Shown here piece by piece: positions 55,610-64,000 of a stretch of 64,000 bases of DNA; position 1 is the first letter of the stretch; the number at the start of each line of letters is the position of its first letter. The position numbers and the translations under genes were made by a program. The stretch is from positions 23,641 to 87,640 of the forward strand of contig JBBCAW010000002.1 of the NCBI GenBank assembly GCA_051382295.1. Direction: 5' to 3'. The stretch comes from Bdellovibrionota bacterium FG-1 (GTDB lineage: Bacteria; Bdellovibrionota; UBA1018). Under the pieces are notes generated by a model that made no database searches, was not told the origin of the DNA, and was given only the letters and a program-made list of their open reading frames with translations.

Positions 55610-57132
55610 GCGGCTATTTGAACGCTCTTTCCTGGCAGTGGGTGCTGGATGCTACCATTCGTTCGCTTGCGATCAGCGTGGTCGTCGCTCTTTTGTCGGG
55701 ATTTCTGGGAGTGGTGATGGCGTGGGTGGTGACGCGCACAGATGCGCCAGGGGCTGATATTTTGGGCGGAGTTTTATCGGTACCCTACGCGATTCCGGCG
55801 TATTTGCTGGGGATGGCGTGGGTGGTTTTAGGAAATCCTCAAGTCGGCTTGCTCAAAGCGTTTTTTCCGAGTTCCGGAAGTTATGGCTTTTGGGGCATTG
55901 TCTTCGTGGAAACATCGGTCGCTTTTGCTTTTCCGTATTTGGAGTTGAAGGCCGGATTTGAGCGCTTGGACGCGGCCTTTGAGGAGGCGGCTCGAATGAG
56001 TGGTGCCACCCCCGGTCGTGTTTTTCGAGATATCAGTTTGCCATTACTCTGGCCTTCGCTTTTGAATGGAATGATCTTGGCATTCTTGTATTCGCTTTCG
56101 GCGTTTGGCGTGCCGGCGCTTTTAGGACTTCCGGTTCGACAGTTTACCTTGACGACTTTAATTTACTCTCAGCTCAAACTGGGGGGCGGGTCAGGTTTGG
56201 TGGGTGGCTTCGCGCTGTCGCTTCTCCTTTTGTGCATCGCGGCCGTGGGACTGGTTTTGTCGAGTCGGGTTTCTCGCTCAAAATCGCTTTCTGGCGGAAA
56301 GTCCTCTCATCAAACCCGTGTCAAGTTAGGTCGCTGGCGAGCGCCCGTGTCGGCTTTCGGTTGGGGCTTTTTTGGTATTGCAGTCATCTTGCCTTGGATC
56401 GCCCTAGCTCTTTCGGCGCTGGCACCGGTAGCGGGACGTTATTCGCCGCGTCTTTGGACGCTCGAGCATCTGGGGTATGTTTTGAAGTTGCAGGACTTTC
56501 GAGAGGCGTTGGTCAATTCGCTGTTTTTAGCGGGAGCGGTAGCTACCCTGATTACTTTCGTGGGCTTTAGCCTTGGGTTTTTGGCCGTCCGGCGGCGCCA
56601 AGGTTGGGCCAGTGTGATCATTCAGGCTTTGGGTTTGCCGTTTGCCACTCCCGGTACGGTGCTCGCGATGGGCGTGCTCTTTGTGGCCGTCGTTTGCGCA
56701 CGGTTCGGAATGCCGATCAATGAGCCGCTGCTGATGATGGCGGCCGCTTACGGTTTTAAATATGCGGCGGTTGCGGCGCGTTCGCTGGTGACGGCGTTTT
56801 CGCAAGTGGATCCCGTCATGGAAGAGGCTGCGCGGGTGAGTGGGGCAAACACGGCGGAGCTGTTGTGGACGATCTGGTTGCCACTTTTGCGCAAAACTTT
56901 GCTGAGTGCGTGGTGGCTCGGGTTTCTGCCGATGCTGACCGAACTTACGATGAGTGTGCTTTTGACCGGGCCAGGGGCCGCCACCCTCGGAACGGTCCTT
57001 TTTGAGTTGCAGGAGTACGCGGATCAACCTTCGGCCGCAGCGCTGGCTTGGTTGTTGTTAACGGCAGCGCTAGGGGTTGGACTGATGTCTATAAAACGGG
57101 GTGACTGGTCATTCAGAAAATCCGCGTCGTAG
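55606..57132 (+). CDS. FbpB-like ABC transporter permease
   Basis: Two EAA motifs (EEAARMSGA, EEAARVSGA). Confidence 0.9.
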   Translation: MSGYLNALSWQWVLDATIRSLAISVVVALLSGFLGVVMAWVVTRTDAPGADILGGVLSVPYAIPAYLLGMAWVVLGNPQVGLLKAFFPSSGSYGFWGIVFVETSVAFAFPYLELKAGFERLDAAFEEAARMSGATPGRVFRDISLPLLWPSLLNGMILAFLYSLSAFGVPALLGLPVRQFTLTTLIYSQLKLGGGSGLVGGFALSLLLLCIAAVGLVLSSRVSRSKSLSGGKSSHQTRVKLGRWRAPVSAFGWGFFGIAVILPWIALALSALAPVAGRYSPRLWTLEHLGYVLKLQDFREALVNSLFLAGAVATLITFVGFSLGFLAVRRRQGWASVIIQALGLPFATPGTVLAMGVLFVAVVCARFGMPINEPLLMMAAAYGFKYAAVAARSLVTAFSQVDPVMEEAARVSGANTAELLWTIWLPLLRKTLLSAWWLGFLPMLTELTMSVLLTGPGAATLGTVLFELQEYADQPSAAALAWLLLTAALGVGLMSIKRGDWSFRKSAS

Positions 57133-57525
57133 GGCCTTTTTCTGCGAGTTTGCGGTTTTTTCTTCAAGTCGTCGGCGCTTGCTTCCCTTCGTGGGTTTGG
57201 TTTTTACCCGTTTTTTCGGGGGCACCGCGACGGCATCCAGCATGGTCTGGGCCTTGTCGACACAATCTTCGAAGTTGCGCTTCTGGTCGCGAAACCGATC
57301 GCTCATCAGAACGAGGTCGCCCTCATGGGTGATGCGGTTAGCAAAACGCTCCACAAAGCGCCTGCGGACGTCTGCCGGAAGACTCGGACTGGAAGCTACG
57401 GCCCAGCGTAGGATGCATTTGCTGTTCACTTTGTTGACATTTTGACCGCCGGGTCCTGAACTGCGGGCGTAATCGCATTCAAGTTCGGCCAGGGGGATTT
57501 TGAATTTCGGAAGCATATCAAGCAA
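57109..57525 (-). CDS. arfB: Alternative ribosome rescue factor ArfB
   Basis: RSSGPGGQNVNKV, basic tail KTKPTKGSKRRRL. Confidence 0.95.
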   Translation of the reverse strand: MLDMLPKFKIPLAELECDYARSSGPGGQNVNKVNSKCILRWAVASSPSLPADVRRRFVERFANRITHEGDLVLMSDRFRDQKRNFEDCVDKAQTMLDAVAVPPKKRVKTKPTKGSKRRRLEEKTANSQKKALRRGFSE

Positions 57526-57564
57526 GACTGTACACTATTATCCTCATGGGACATAACCAATACC

Positions 57565-58179
57565 ATGAAAACCTCGCCCGATCGCTGGGTCACATTCTGG
57601 GACGTTCTCTTTTTTGTGCTCGTCGCCTTTCCCCTCTTGACGGGGGGGCTTTGGATTTCCAGGCCGCATCTCTTTCTTGAACTCTCTGATCTCGGTGTTC
57701 CTGTGGTGATTGTCGCCGGGATTGGGCTGTGGTTACGATTTCGTAAGCTGACTTTATGGACGTTGTTTTGGAGTTTGGCGCTTTTTGGACGGAGTCCGTT
57801 GTTTACGATTCGAAGGCTTGCTTCCTCCCCCCATGCTCAATGGCTTCGAACCGAGGTCATCCCTTGTGTCAATACAGAGGCTTCTATTTCTGCTCCGGTG
57901 GCGCTATCCTCGCATCTGGCTTCCCGCAAATGGATTAGCCTTTTTCCGATGATCCACGAAAGTTCGGGAAGGTTCGTAGATTGTATCATTTATGATCCCA
58001 CGATTCAAAACGTAGATTTCGACGCCAATGCGTTGGAGGGGCTGCTCAACAGTCTTCCTGCGCATGGCTATCAAGACGTTTTTCATTGCGGAGAAAAGTT
58101 CAGAGTCTATCAGTACACCGGGCAGGGACAAAAAGGGGGCTTGTCCTGTTTAAGTTGCCGACCGAGCTGTCAGGAGTAG
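57565..58179 (+). pseudogene. Probable internally deleted DUF2079-like membrane protein
   Basis: N-terminal TM segments joined to ASISA....SHLASRK tail; central body appears absent. Confidence 0.4.
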
Positions 58180-58181
58180 GA

Positions 58182-59123
58182 TTAGCCGTTCTTAGGCTTC
58201 ATGCTGACCGCAGATCCTGGTTCAAAAAGTTCTTTGATTCCGCCGAGCGAAGCCAATGCAGCCGAAGCCTCATAGGGGAGAAATACAATTTTATTCGCGT
58301 CGGTTGCGACCTGTGTCAGGGAATCGAGGTATTTTTGCGCGATCAGATAGCTGGCAGGATTGCTCGTTTGGCCCAGCGCCGCTGTCACCGCTTGAATCGC
58401 TTGGGCTTCCGCTTGCGCCACCTTCAAGCGTGCTTCGGCTTGACCTTCGGCGGCCAGGATCGCCGCCTGTTTGGCGCCCTCGGCGCTGACGATTTGGGAT
58501 TGTTTCTCACCTTCGGCGCGCAGAATCGCAGCTGATTTCTCGCCCTCGGCCGTGGTCACTACAGCGCGGCGAGTCCGTTCGGCAGTCATCTGTTTTTCCA
58601 TCGTGAGTTTAATTTCTTGCGGCGGCGTAATGTTTTTGAGTTCTACCCGTAAAACTTTGACACCCCATTGCTGAGTGGAGGTGTCGAGCGCCGCCCGGAG
58701 CTGTGTGTTGATCGTGTCACGGGAGGTGAGCGTGTGATCCAGGTCGAGTGAGCCGACTACGTTGCGAAGCGCGCTGAGGGTGAGTTGCTCGATGCCCCAT
58801 CTGAGATTCTGAACTTCGTAGGTGGCCCGCACCGGGTCTACCACCACATAGTAGATGACCGCATCGACAGCCATGGTGACGTTATCTCGCGAAATGACGT
58901 TCTGGGGTTCGATGGGAGTGATTTGCTCGCGTAAATCCATTATTGCTCGAACCGAATCCAAGAAGGGGAGGATGATGTTCATGCCCGCGTCGGCCTTTGA
59001 ATGGTATTTTCCGAGCCGCTCAATGATCATGACTTGTTTTTGTGGAACGATCTTGATGGTTTTAAAAAGAACGACTAATCCAAAAACCGCGACTAATAGG
59101 GCAAATATTGCAATCATATCCAT
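58182..59123 (-). CDS. SPFH/stomatin (QmcA-like) protein
   Basis: IERLGKY, VISRDNV, LTSRDTIN, QMTAER. Confidence 0.93.
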   Translation of the reverse strand: MDMIAIFALLVAVFGLVVLFKTIKIVPQKQVMIIERLGKYHSKADAGMNIILPFLDSVRAIMDLREQITPIEPQNVISRDNVTMAVDAVIYYVVVDPVRATYEVQNLRWGIEQLTLSALRNVVGSLDLDHTLTSRDTINTQLRAALDTSTQQWGVKVLRVELKNITPPQEIKLTMEKQMTAERTRRAVVTTAEGEKSAAILRAEGEKQSQIVSAEGAKQAAILAAEGQAEARLKVAQAEAQAIQAVTAALGQTSNPASYLIAQKYLDSLTQVATDANKIVFLPYEASAALASLGGIKELFEPGSAVSMKPKNG

Positions 59124-59135
59124 TTTTGACTCCGT

Positions 59136-59579
59136 TTAAGCTTTTTTCACGATTAAGATAATTCCATCGGCACCTTCGACCCGGATCAGGGTGCCTATTT
59201 CTATTTTTTCATGGCAACGAATTGCCCAGTCCTGGCCATCGACTTGTGCCCGTCCCAATCCTGAAGCCGCTTCGGGGGCCTCTGTTACTTGGCCCAGCAA
59301 GCCCAGGAGCGCGGAGGTTCGTGAGGGGACCCCTTCGCTGGTGGCTCGCAGTTTACGTAAAATCGCGGGACGTAAAGCGAGGAGTAAGACGACGAGTGTC
59401 ACTCCAAAAAGGCCGAGTTGCAGATCCCAGCCGGCGCCTAACGCGGCAGCGATCGTCGCGAACAATGCCGCGACGGCCGCAAAAATAAAGCCAAAAGAGG
59501 TCGCCATGATTTCGAGCATCGCGAAGATCAGCGCCAGCGCTAGCCAAACCCAATGAAACTTTCCTACCAGTTCATTCAC
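59136..59579 (-). CDS. NfeD-like protein
   Basis: TM N-terminus, C-terminal OB fold (GRAQVDGQDW); paired with SPFH. Confidence 0.9.
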   Translation of the reverse strand: MNELVGKFHWVWLALALIFAMLEIMATSFGFIFAAVAALFATIAAALGAGWDLQLGLFGVTLVVLLLALRPAILRKLRATSEGVPSRTSALLGLLGQVTEAPEAASGLGRAQVDGQDWAIRCHEKIEIGTLIRVEGADGIILIVKKA

Positions 59580-59664
59580 AGAAGGGGAGTTTAGGTCAAC
59601 CCGAGGTTAAGTCAAGAAAAAGGAGTATTAGGAAGGGGATCAGTTCGGTGTTAGAAATATTCGA

Positions 59665-61146
59665 ATGAATCTGAAGCCGCGCTTTCTTCCCGACCGAGAG
59701 GCTGCCACCCAATGGGGCGGCAAAGGCGCAGTGATCGTCCGCATGATTCAGAAGGGCTTTGCCGTGCCTCCAACGGCCGCGATCGGCGTGACGCAGGTTC
59801 AGGAGTGGTTGGAATCATTGCCGGAGTATGGATCGGCAATTCAAGCTTGGCGCTCAGATGCCGCGCTGGCCCACCTTGCGCTTCTTGAGCAGGCCATCTT
59901 ATCGGCTCCGATGCCCGAGTATTGGGGGCTCAGTGCTCATACGATGCGGCAGTTTCTGGCGGGTGACACCGCTGAAGAAAAAGAACCGTGGCCCTTGATC
60001 TTTCGCCCCAGTGTGAGCTTAAAAAACAGCCCGCCTGGATGCCTTGGGGGCTGTTTCGAGTCAGTCGTTGCGCGTGAGGCGGGACCCGAGACGCTTTGGA
60101 AGGCGTTTTTGGCGGTTGCGGCTTCGGCTTTCAAACCAGCCGCGGCGCAGAGACTTTTAGCTTTAGGGGTTGATTTGGGTGGTTTGCGAGTGGCGGTCCT
60201 CATTCAGCCTTTTCTGATTGCTGGGCGCGCGGGCGTTTTTTTCAGCCGTAATCCGGCTAATCCTGAACTCGTACCGTTTTCTAAACTCCTCTCCAAGCGT
60301 GCGGTTCAGGCTGAAAAGTTTTTGGGTGGGCCTGCGAATATTGAATGGATCTGGGACGGGCAGCAGCTTTGGTTTGTGCAAGCGAATCTTGATGGCTTAA
60401 GTGGGCAAATGTTCAAATGGCGAGATGCGCCCGTTCAAACGCTCTTGATTGACCTGGATGGAACTTTGTTGGGTTGTTATGATTTTTTGGCGCATCTGGA
60501 GTTTATCATCCGTGCGGTGTGGCGATTTCGCAAGTATGGGGGCTTTTGGGCCGCGTTGAGGATTCTGAAGGCTGTTCGCGAGGCAGTGGAGTTTCCTACT
60601 GATGGACGACATGAGTTGACCAATGCTGAACGTGGCGCAAAGGCGTTTGCGGCCAAAACGGGACTGAGCTTGACAGAAGCCGGACGTGTCCTTCGAGATG
60701 AAGTCGCCGATATTTTTCCGATGCTTGAGCGCTATTTTTTTCCAGTTCCCGGTGCCAAGGCTTTTGTCGATTGGGCCAGTACGCGGTATCGCTTGATTTT
60801 GGCCACGAATCCTGTGTGGCCTATGGAGCAAGTCAACCTGCGTTTGGGTTGGGCCGGAATCGACAGCTCAAAATTTGTGTCCATCACGCACTCCGAACGT
60901 ATGCATGCCTGTAAGCCTTCGTTGGATTATTACCGTGAACTTTTGCAGCAAGAGGGACTAAAAGCGGAGGACTGCGCTTTAGTGGGGGATGATACCCGTA
61001 AAGATTTGCCCGCGATTCATGCCGGAATTTCGGTTTTTATCTTACAAGCCGGGCGAAATCAGCCTTCAGTGCAAAGTGAGGTCGTCGTTGCCCGGGCCAC
61101 GTTCGGCAGCTATGCAGAGCTTACGGCACTGTTACAAAAAAATTAG
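59665..61146 (+). CDS. Fusion: degenerate PEP-synthase/PPDK N-terminal domain + HAD hydrolase
   Basis: GGKG..GFAVPP, AVLIQ, AGVFFS.NP, IEW...LWFVQA; DLDGTL, LATNP, KP, VGDD. Confidence 0.75.
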   Translation: MNLKPRFLPDREAATQWGGKGAVIVRMIQKGFAVPPTAAIGVTQVQEWLESLPEYGSAIQAWRSDAALAHLALLEQAILSAPMPEYWGLSAHTMRQFLAGDTAEEKEPWPLIFRPSVSLKNSPPGCLGGCFESVVAREAGPETLWKAFLAVAASAFKPAAAQRLLALGVDLGGLRVAVLIQPFLIAGRAGVFFSRNPANPELVPFSKLLSKRAVQAEKFLGGPANIEWIWDGQQLWFVQANLDGLSGQMFKWRDAPVQTLLIDLDGTLLGCYDFLAHLEFIIRAVWRFRKYGGFWAALRILKAVREAVEFPTDGRHELTNAERGAKAFAAKTGLSLTEAGRVLRDEVADIFPMLERYFFPVPGAKAFVDWASTRYRLILATNPVWPMEQVNLRLGWAGIDSSKFVSITHSERMHACKPSLDYYRELLQQEGLKAEDCALVGDDTRKDLPAIHAGISVFILQAGRNQPSVQSEVVVARATFGSYAELTALLQKN

Positions 61147-61556
61147 CTCTCATCGGTGCCTTCTGGTTTGTCTAACAAACGGCTCTCTTGTTTTTCGTGT
61201 TGCGTGCGGTCACCCGGAAGACCGGTAGAAATATGGGCCTGTCCCTCGATTTCCGTCTCTCCCCCTGCCATTCCTGAGGAGTGCTCATCGCCGGTCATTT
61301 CATCGCCTTCGCGGTTCTCCTCGGAAAGGTCCATCCGCCAGCTTTCATCGATCATTTGCGAGAGGTCACGAGGTGTTTCACTGTATTCCGGCGGTAATTT
61401 TCCGTGACTATGCAAAATATCATCGCCCCGCAAGCTGCCCTCCTCGCACATATCGAGTTCTTGCTCGATCGAACCCGGGCTACAGGATTCAGGCTCCGGA
61501 TCACCGGGGTTCATTCGCTCCGGAAGACGTTCTTTGGGTTTTCTTCTGGCGGCCAT
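61143..61556 (-). CDS. Acidic, probably disordered hypothetical protein
   Basis: ORF with RBS AAGGA, coupled to upstream gene. Confidence 0.6.
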   Translation of the reverse strand: MAARRKPKERLPERMNPGDPEPESCSPGSIEQELDMCEEGSLRGDDILHSHGKLPPEYSETPRDLSQMIDESWRMDLSEENREGDEMTGDEHSSGMAGGETEIEGQAHISTGLPGDRTQHEKQESRLLDKPEGTDES

Positions 61557-61560
61557 GGTT

Positions 61561-61824
61561 TTATCCTTTGTGTTCTTTCAAAACGGCTTTTTCCAGTTCA
61601 GGATTCCACTCTTGTTTCTGTTGCCGATACATCTCTTCGTACTTCTTATGGAACCCGGGGTGAATTTGTTCAAAGAGCCGCTTGAGGGTGTTGAGTTCGA
61701 TGCGGAGTTGGTCGATTTCTGCCCGTCGCTCCAGGTGTTCGTGGTTAAGGAACTCCCCCTGTGTTTCGATTTGCTTTTTGAGAAGCTGAATATCCATCGG
61801 ATAAACTTTTCCAACGTCTGCCAT
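61561..61824 (-). CDS. Small hypothetical protein
   Basis: Helical ORF preceded by a strong sigma54-type site. Confidence 0.65.
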   Translation of the reverse strand: MADVGKVYPMDIQLLKKQIETQGEFLNHEHLERRAEIDQLRIELNTLKRLFEQIHPGFHKKYEEMYRQQKQEWNPELEKAVLKEHKG

Positions 61825-61835
61825 ACCCGGGATGA

Positions 61836-61893
61836 AGCAATTTGAGTGCCTGATACAGGCAAACGGCTTGTCGGGGGCGGCAAAGGCCTTGCA
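61836..61893. promoter_or_regulatory. Back-to-back sigma54-type promoters
   Basis: Minus AGGCACTCAAATTGCT (61836-61851); plus CGGCAAAGGCCTTGCA (61878-61893). Confidence 0.65.
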
Positions 61894-61906
61894 TTAAACC
61901 TAAGGC

Positions 61907-62431
61907 ATGGAAACTCACCTAAATACCAGTAAGACGTTGATCATCTATTTTTCGAGAACCGGTACCACTCGTAGGGTGGCTCATGTGATTGCGCGGATCA
62001 CGGAGGCTGATCTGGTGGAGGTCAAATCGAGTCGGTATCCCCGAGGAATTTTTGGGTATCTTCAAGCGGGGTTGGATGCGGCCTTGAGTAGGCCAGTGCC
62101 GGTCGATGCGCCTTCGGTGGATTTCTCGAAGTACGAGTGGGTGGTGGTGGGGACGCCCGTTTGGGGGTCGTCGGTATCCGCACCGATCCGAAGCTATCTG
62201 GCAAAACACGGGAGGCACATGCGCCGGGTCGCCTTTTTTATTACCTGTGGTGGAGCAGGTGCTCGGCGCGCATTTCGCCAAATGCGTGAGCTCGCTCATC
62301 GAGTGCCTTTTGCAACTCTTGAATTGAGAGCCGTGGATCTCCATCCTGGTCCCTTGAAGCCCTCCGTTGAGGTGAAGATCAGGGGATTCGCAGGGAATTT
62401 TCAAGCGCCTGCTCTCCGTCAGGCAGCGTGA
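61907..62431 (+). CDS. Flavodoxin-family protein
   Basis: YFSRTGTT, GTPVW, FITCGG. Confidence 0.88.
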   Translation: METHLNTSKTLIIYFSRTGTTRRVAHVIARITEADLVEVKSSRYPRGIFGYLQAGLDAALSRPVPVDAPSVDFSKYEWVVVGTPVWGSSVSAPIRSYLAKHGRHMRRVAFFITCGGAGARRAFRQMRELAHRVPFATLELRAVDLHPGPLKPSVEVKIRGFAGNFQAPALRQAA

Positions 62432-62475
62432 GGCTAGCGGCTTCCCTATGCTTCGATGTAGTTCTGCATCAACAA

Positions 62476-63294
62476 TCAGGTGGGGCGGTTCACTGCGAGT
62501 AAATCGCGAACGTCTTTCAGTTTCGCTTTAACCACCTTGGCATTTGCTGAACCGATTCGAATCAATATTTTTTGTCCGGTTGAAGCCGCCTCTAGTTTTG
62601 GATCCGCGAATTTATAGTACAGGTTGTTTAGGGTGAGTTTGATTGGGGCTTTGGCTTCGGGTGATTTTAATAGATCGTCGATGACCTCGATCAAACGGTC
62701 ATTAAAGTAGCCTCGCGGACTCAGGTCATGATAGGCCGCTTGGAATAACGGATAAAAGTGGACATAGATTGTAACTAGCTTTTTTGAGTTGATCTGATCT
62801 AACAAACTGACATAGGGCAGATAGCGTTTGTAATTTTGAGGGCTGAGGGTTTGATCCTCACCCTGTCCTGTAATGCGAAATGTTCCCTTTGCTGGAATAA
62901 AAAGCGTCGCGTCTGCCGGGGCGGGGTGTGGCCCGGTTGCATTTTCCACATTCAAAACGAAACGTCGAATCAGGCCATTGACGTGAATGAGGGATTCAAG
63001 GTTGCTTTTTCCAAAAAGGGTATTTAACACATCCTGCAGAGACTCGTCGCTATCATCCAGGGCGGGTAAAGTCTTTTTTGCGAGGGATGAGCCGAGTGTT
63101 GTAGAGGGAGCGCCGGTCGGAACGGGGTACTGGATGAGGGGTTTTGAAGTTGGTGAGTTTGCGATCACTGCGGTGGGTTGTGCTTGAGTGTCTGTCGGGG
63201 CTGGGGACTTGTTACCGGGCAGCCAGTAATGAAGCGTGACACCGGCGCCTAAAACCAGCAAGGCTGAGATCACGACAAGTGATTTTTTTTCCAT
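62476..63294 (-). CDS. DUF3014-like protein
   Basis: LPALDDSD, NYKRY.PYV, YPLFQAAY, FNDRL, YKFADPKLE, GQKILIRIG. Confidence 0.85.
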   Translation of the reverse strand: MEKKSLVVISALLVLGAGVTLHYWLPGNKSPAPTDTQAQPTAVIANSPTSKPLIQYPVPTGAPSTTLGSSLAKKTLPALDDSDESLQDVLNTLFGKSNLESLIHVNGLIRRFVLNVENATGPHPAPADATLFIPAKGTFRITGQGEDQTLSPQNYKRYLPYVSLLDQINSKKLVTIYVHFYPLFQAAYHDLSPRGYFNDRLIEVIDDLLKSPEAKAPIKLTLNNLYYKFADPKLEAASTGQKILIRIGSANAKVVKAKLKDVRDLLAVNRPT

Positions 63295-63440
63295 AAAGAT
63301 CAGTCTCCGTATTCGCCCCACCGGCTTGATATATCCTATTTCAAAATACAATTGAGTGCAACGGGCACGTGCGCTAAAGTGGCTGCCAAGGCTGAGCTAT
63401 CTGTTCGCGACATCCTTATGGGTACCGGCAACATATTTTA

Positions 63441-63860
63441 CTATGATGATTCAGCAATGAGTGAGGATGGACCAGGGGCGATTTCTGTTTTTGATTCTAA
63501 ACCCTTGAATCGTTCACGGACTTCTTGGCTCCTGAGCAACCCTTGGATGCCTTGCGAAAAGTGATACAGCAGTTCGCTGCCTGTACGGGTCATGCCGAGA
63601 ATCCTCTTCCGTGAGTCCTTCGGATCCTCTCCAATAAAAATGGCCCCCTTTCTCAGGAGTCGCTTTAAGCTTTGTGTCAGTGTGCTTGGATGCATCCCGA
63701 CAGCATCGGCAAGCTTCTGGGGGGAGCAGCCTGGCATGTCTCGTAGAGTAGCTAAAAGGTGATATTGAACTAGGCTTAAGCTGAGTTTATTTTCTGCACT
63801 TTTGTTCAGATTGTGAAAAGCCAGGCTCATTCGAACGAGTTGTACGACTTCTGGTTCCAT
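63441..63860 (-). CDS. MarR-family transcriptional regulator
   Basis: LSLVQY.LL, SPQKLA, STLTQSLKRL, DPKDSRK. Confidence 0.88.
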   Translation of the reverse strand: MEPEVVQLVRMSLAFHNLNKSAENKLSLSLVQYHLLATLRDMPGCSPQKLADAVGMHPSTLTQSLKRLLRKGAIFIGEDPKDSRKRILGMTRTGSELLYHFSQGIQGLLRSQEVRERFKGLESKTEIAPGPSSLIAESS

Positions 63861-64000
63861 ATTTTCTCACCTTAGCGGCCGCCCAACAATAACTTAACAG
63901 AACTAGGTCTTAAAACATCGATTCAGCGAGACACAGAGCAGCCGTTCGCTCCTTCAAATATGTCAACTTAATGGCATATTTTGGCCACGACGCAATATAG

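Noticed and set aside
1..64000. tRNA, rRNA, prophage or IS elements
   Set aside because: No cloverleaf, rRNA, phage structural, integrase or transposase signatures recognised

Overview
Chromosomal window from a bacterium that is probably Bdellovibrionota/Oligoflexia-like (inferred from a TIGR02147-type gene, conserved Bdellovibrio-style hypothetical proteins and many secreted orphans). 1-10.2 kb is a housekeeping block on the minus strand: nagA-yceD-rpmF-plsX-fabH-fabD-fabG-acpP-fabF-rpiB-glyA-nrdR-nusB. 11-17 kb is a minus-strand run of exported proteins, including an NlpC/P60-like hydrolase with a coupled small partner gene and HtrA. 17-26 kb is an accessory zone packed with toxin-antitoxin modules, in most of which the toxin half is broken, plus spliced gene fragments. 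31-42.7 kb is one tightly coupled run: metH, a core-MetE-like gene, GT2+methyltransferase, a GT87+GT2+YdjC triple fusion, a GT-C-type membrane protein and tyrS; this is the best candidate for an undescribed envelope glycan or lipid modification system. Further on are mazEF, a metalloprotease, an aminotransferase plus atypical transketolase pair, a CBS-DUF2267-YbhB fusion, a frameshifted ABC binding protein, arfB, SPFH/NfeD and small genes. Window-wide patterns are internal deletions and gene fragments, repeated sigma54-type promoters and apparent leaderless starts. No rRNA, tRNA, CRISPR array, integrase or transposase was recognised. All family assignments come from motif recognition by eye, not from database searches.
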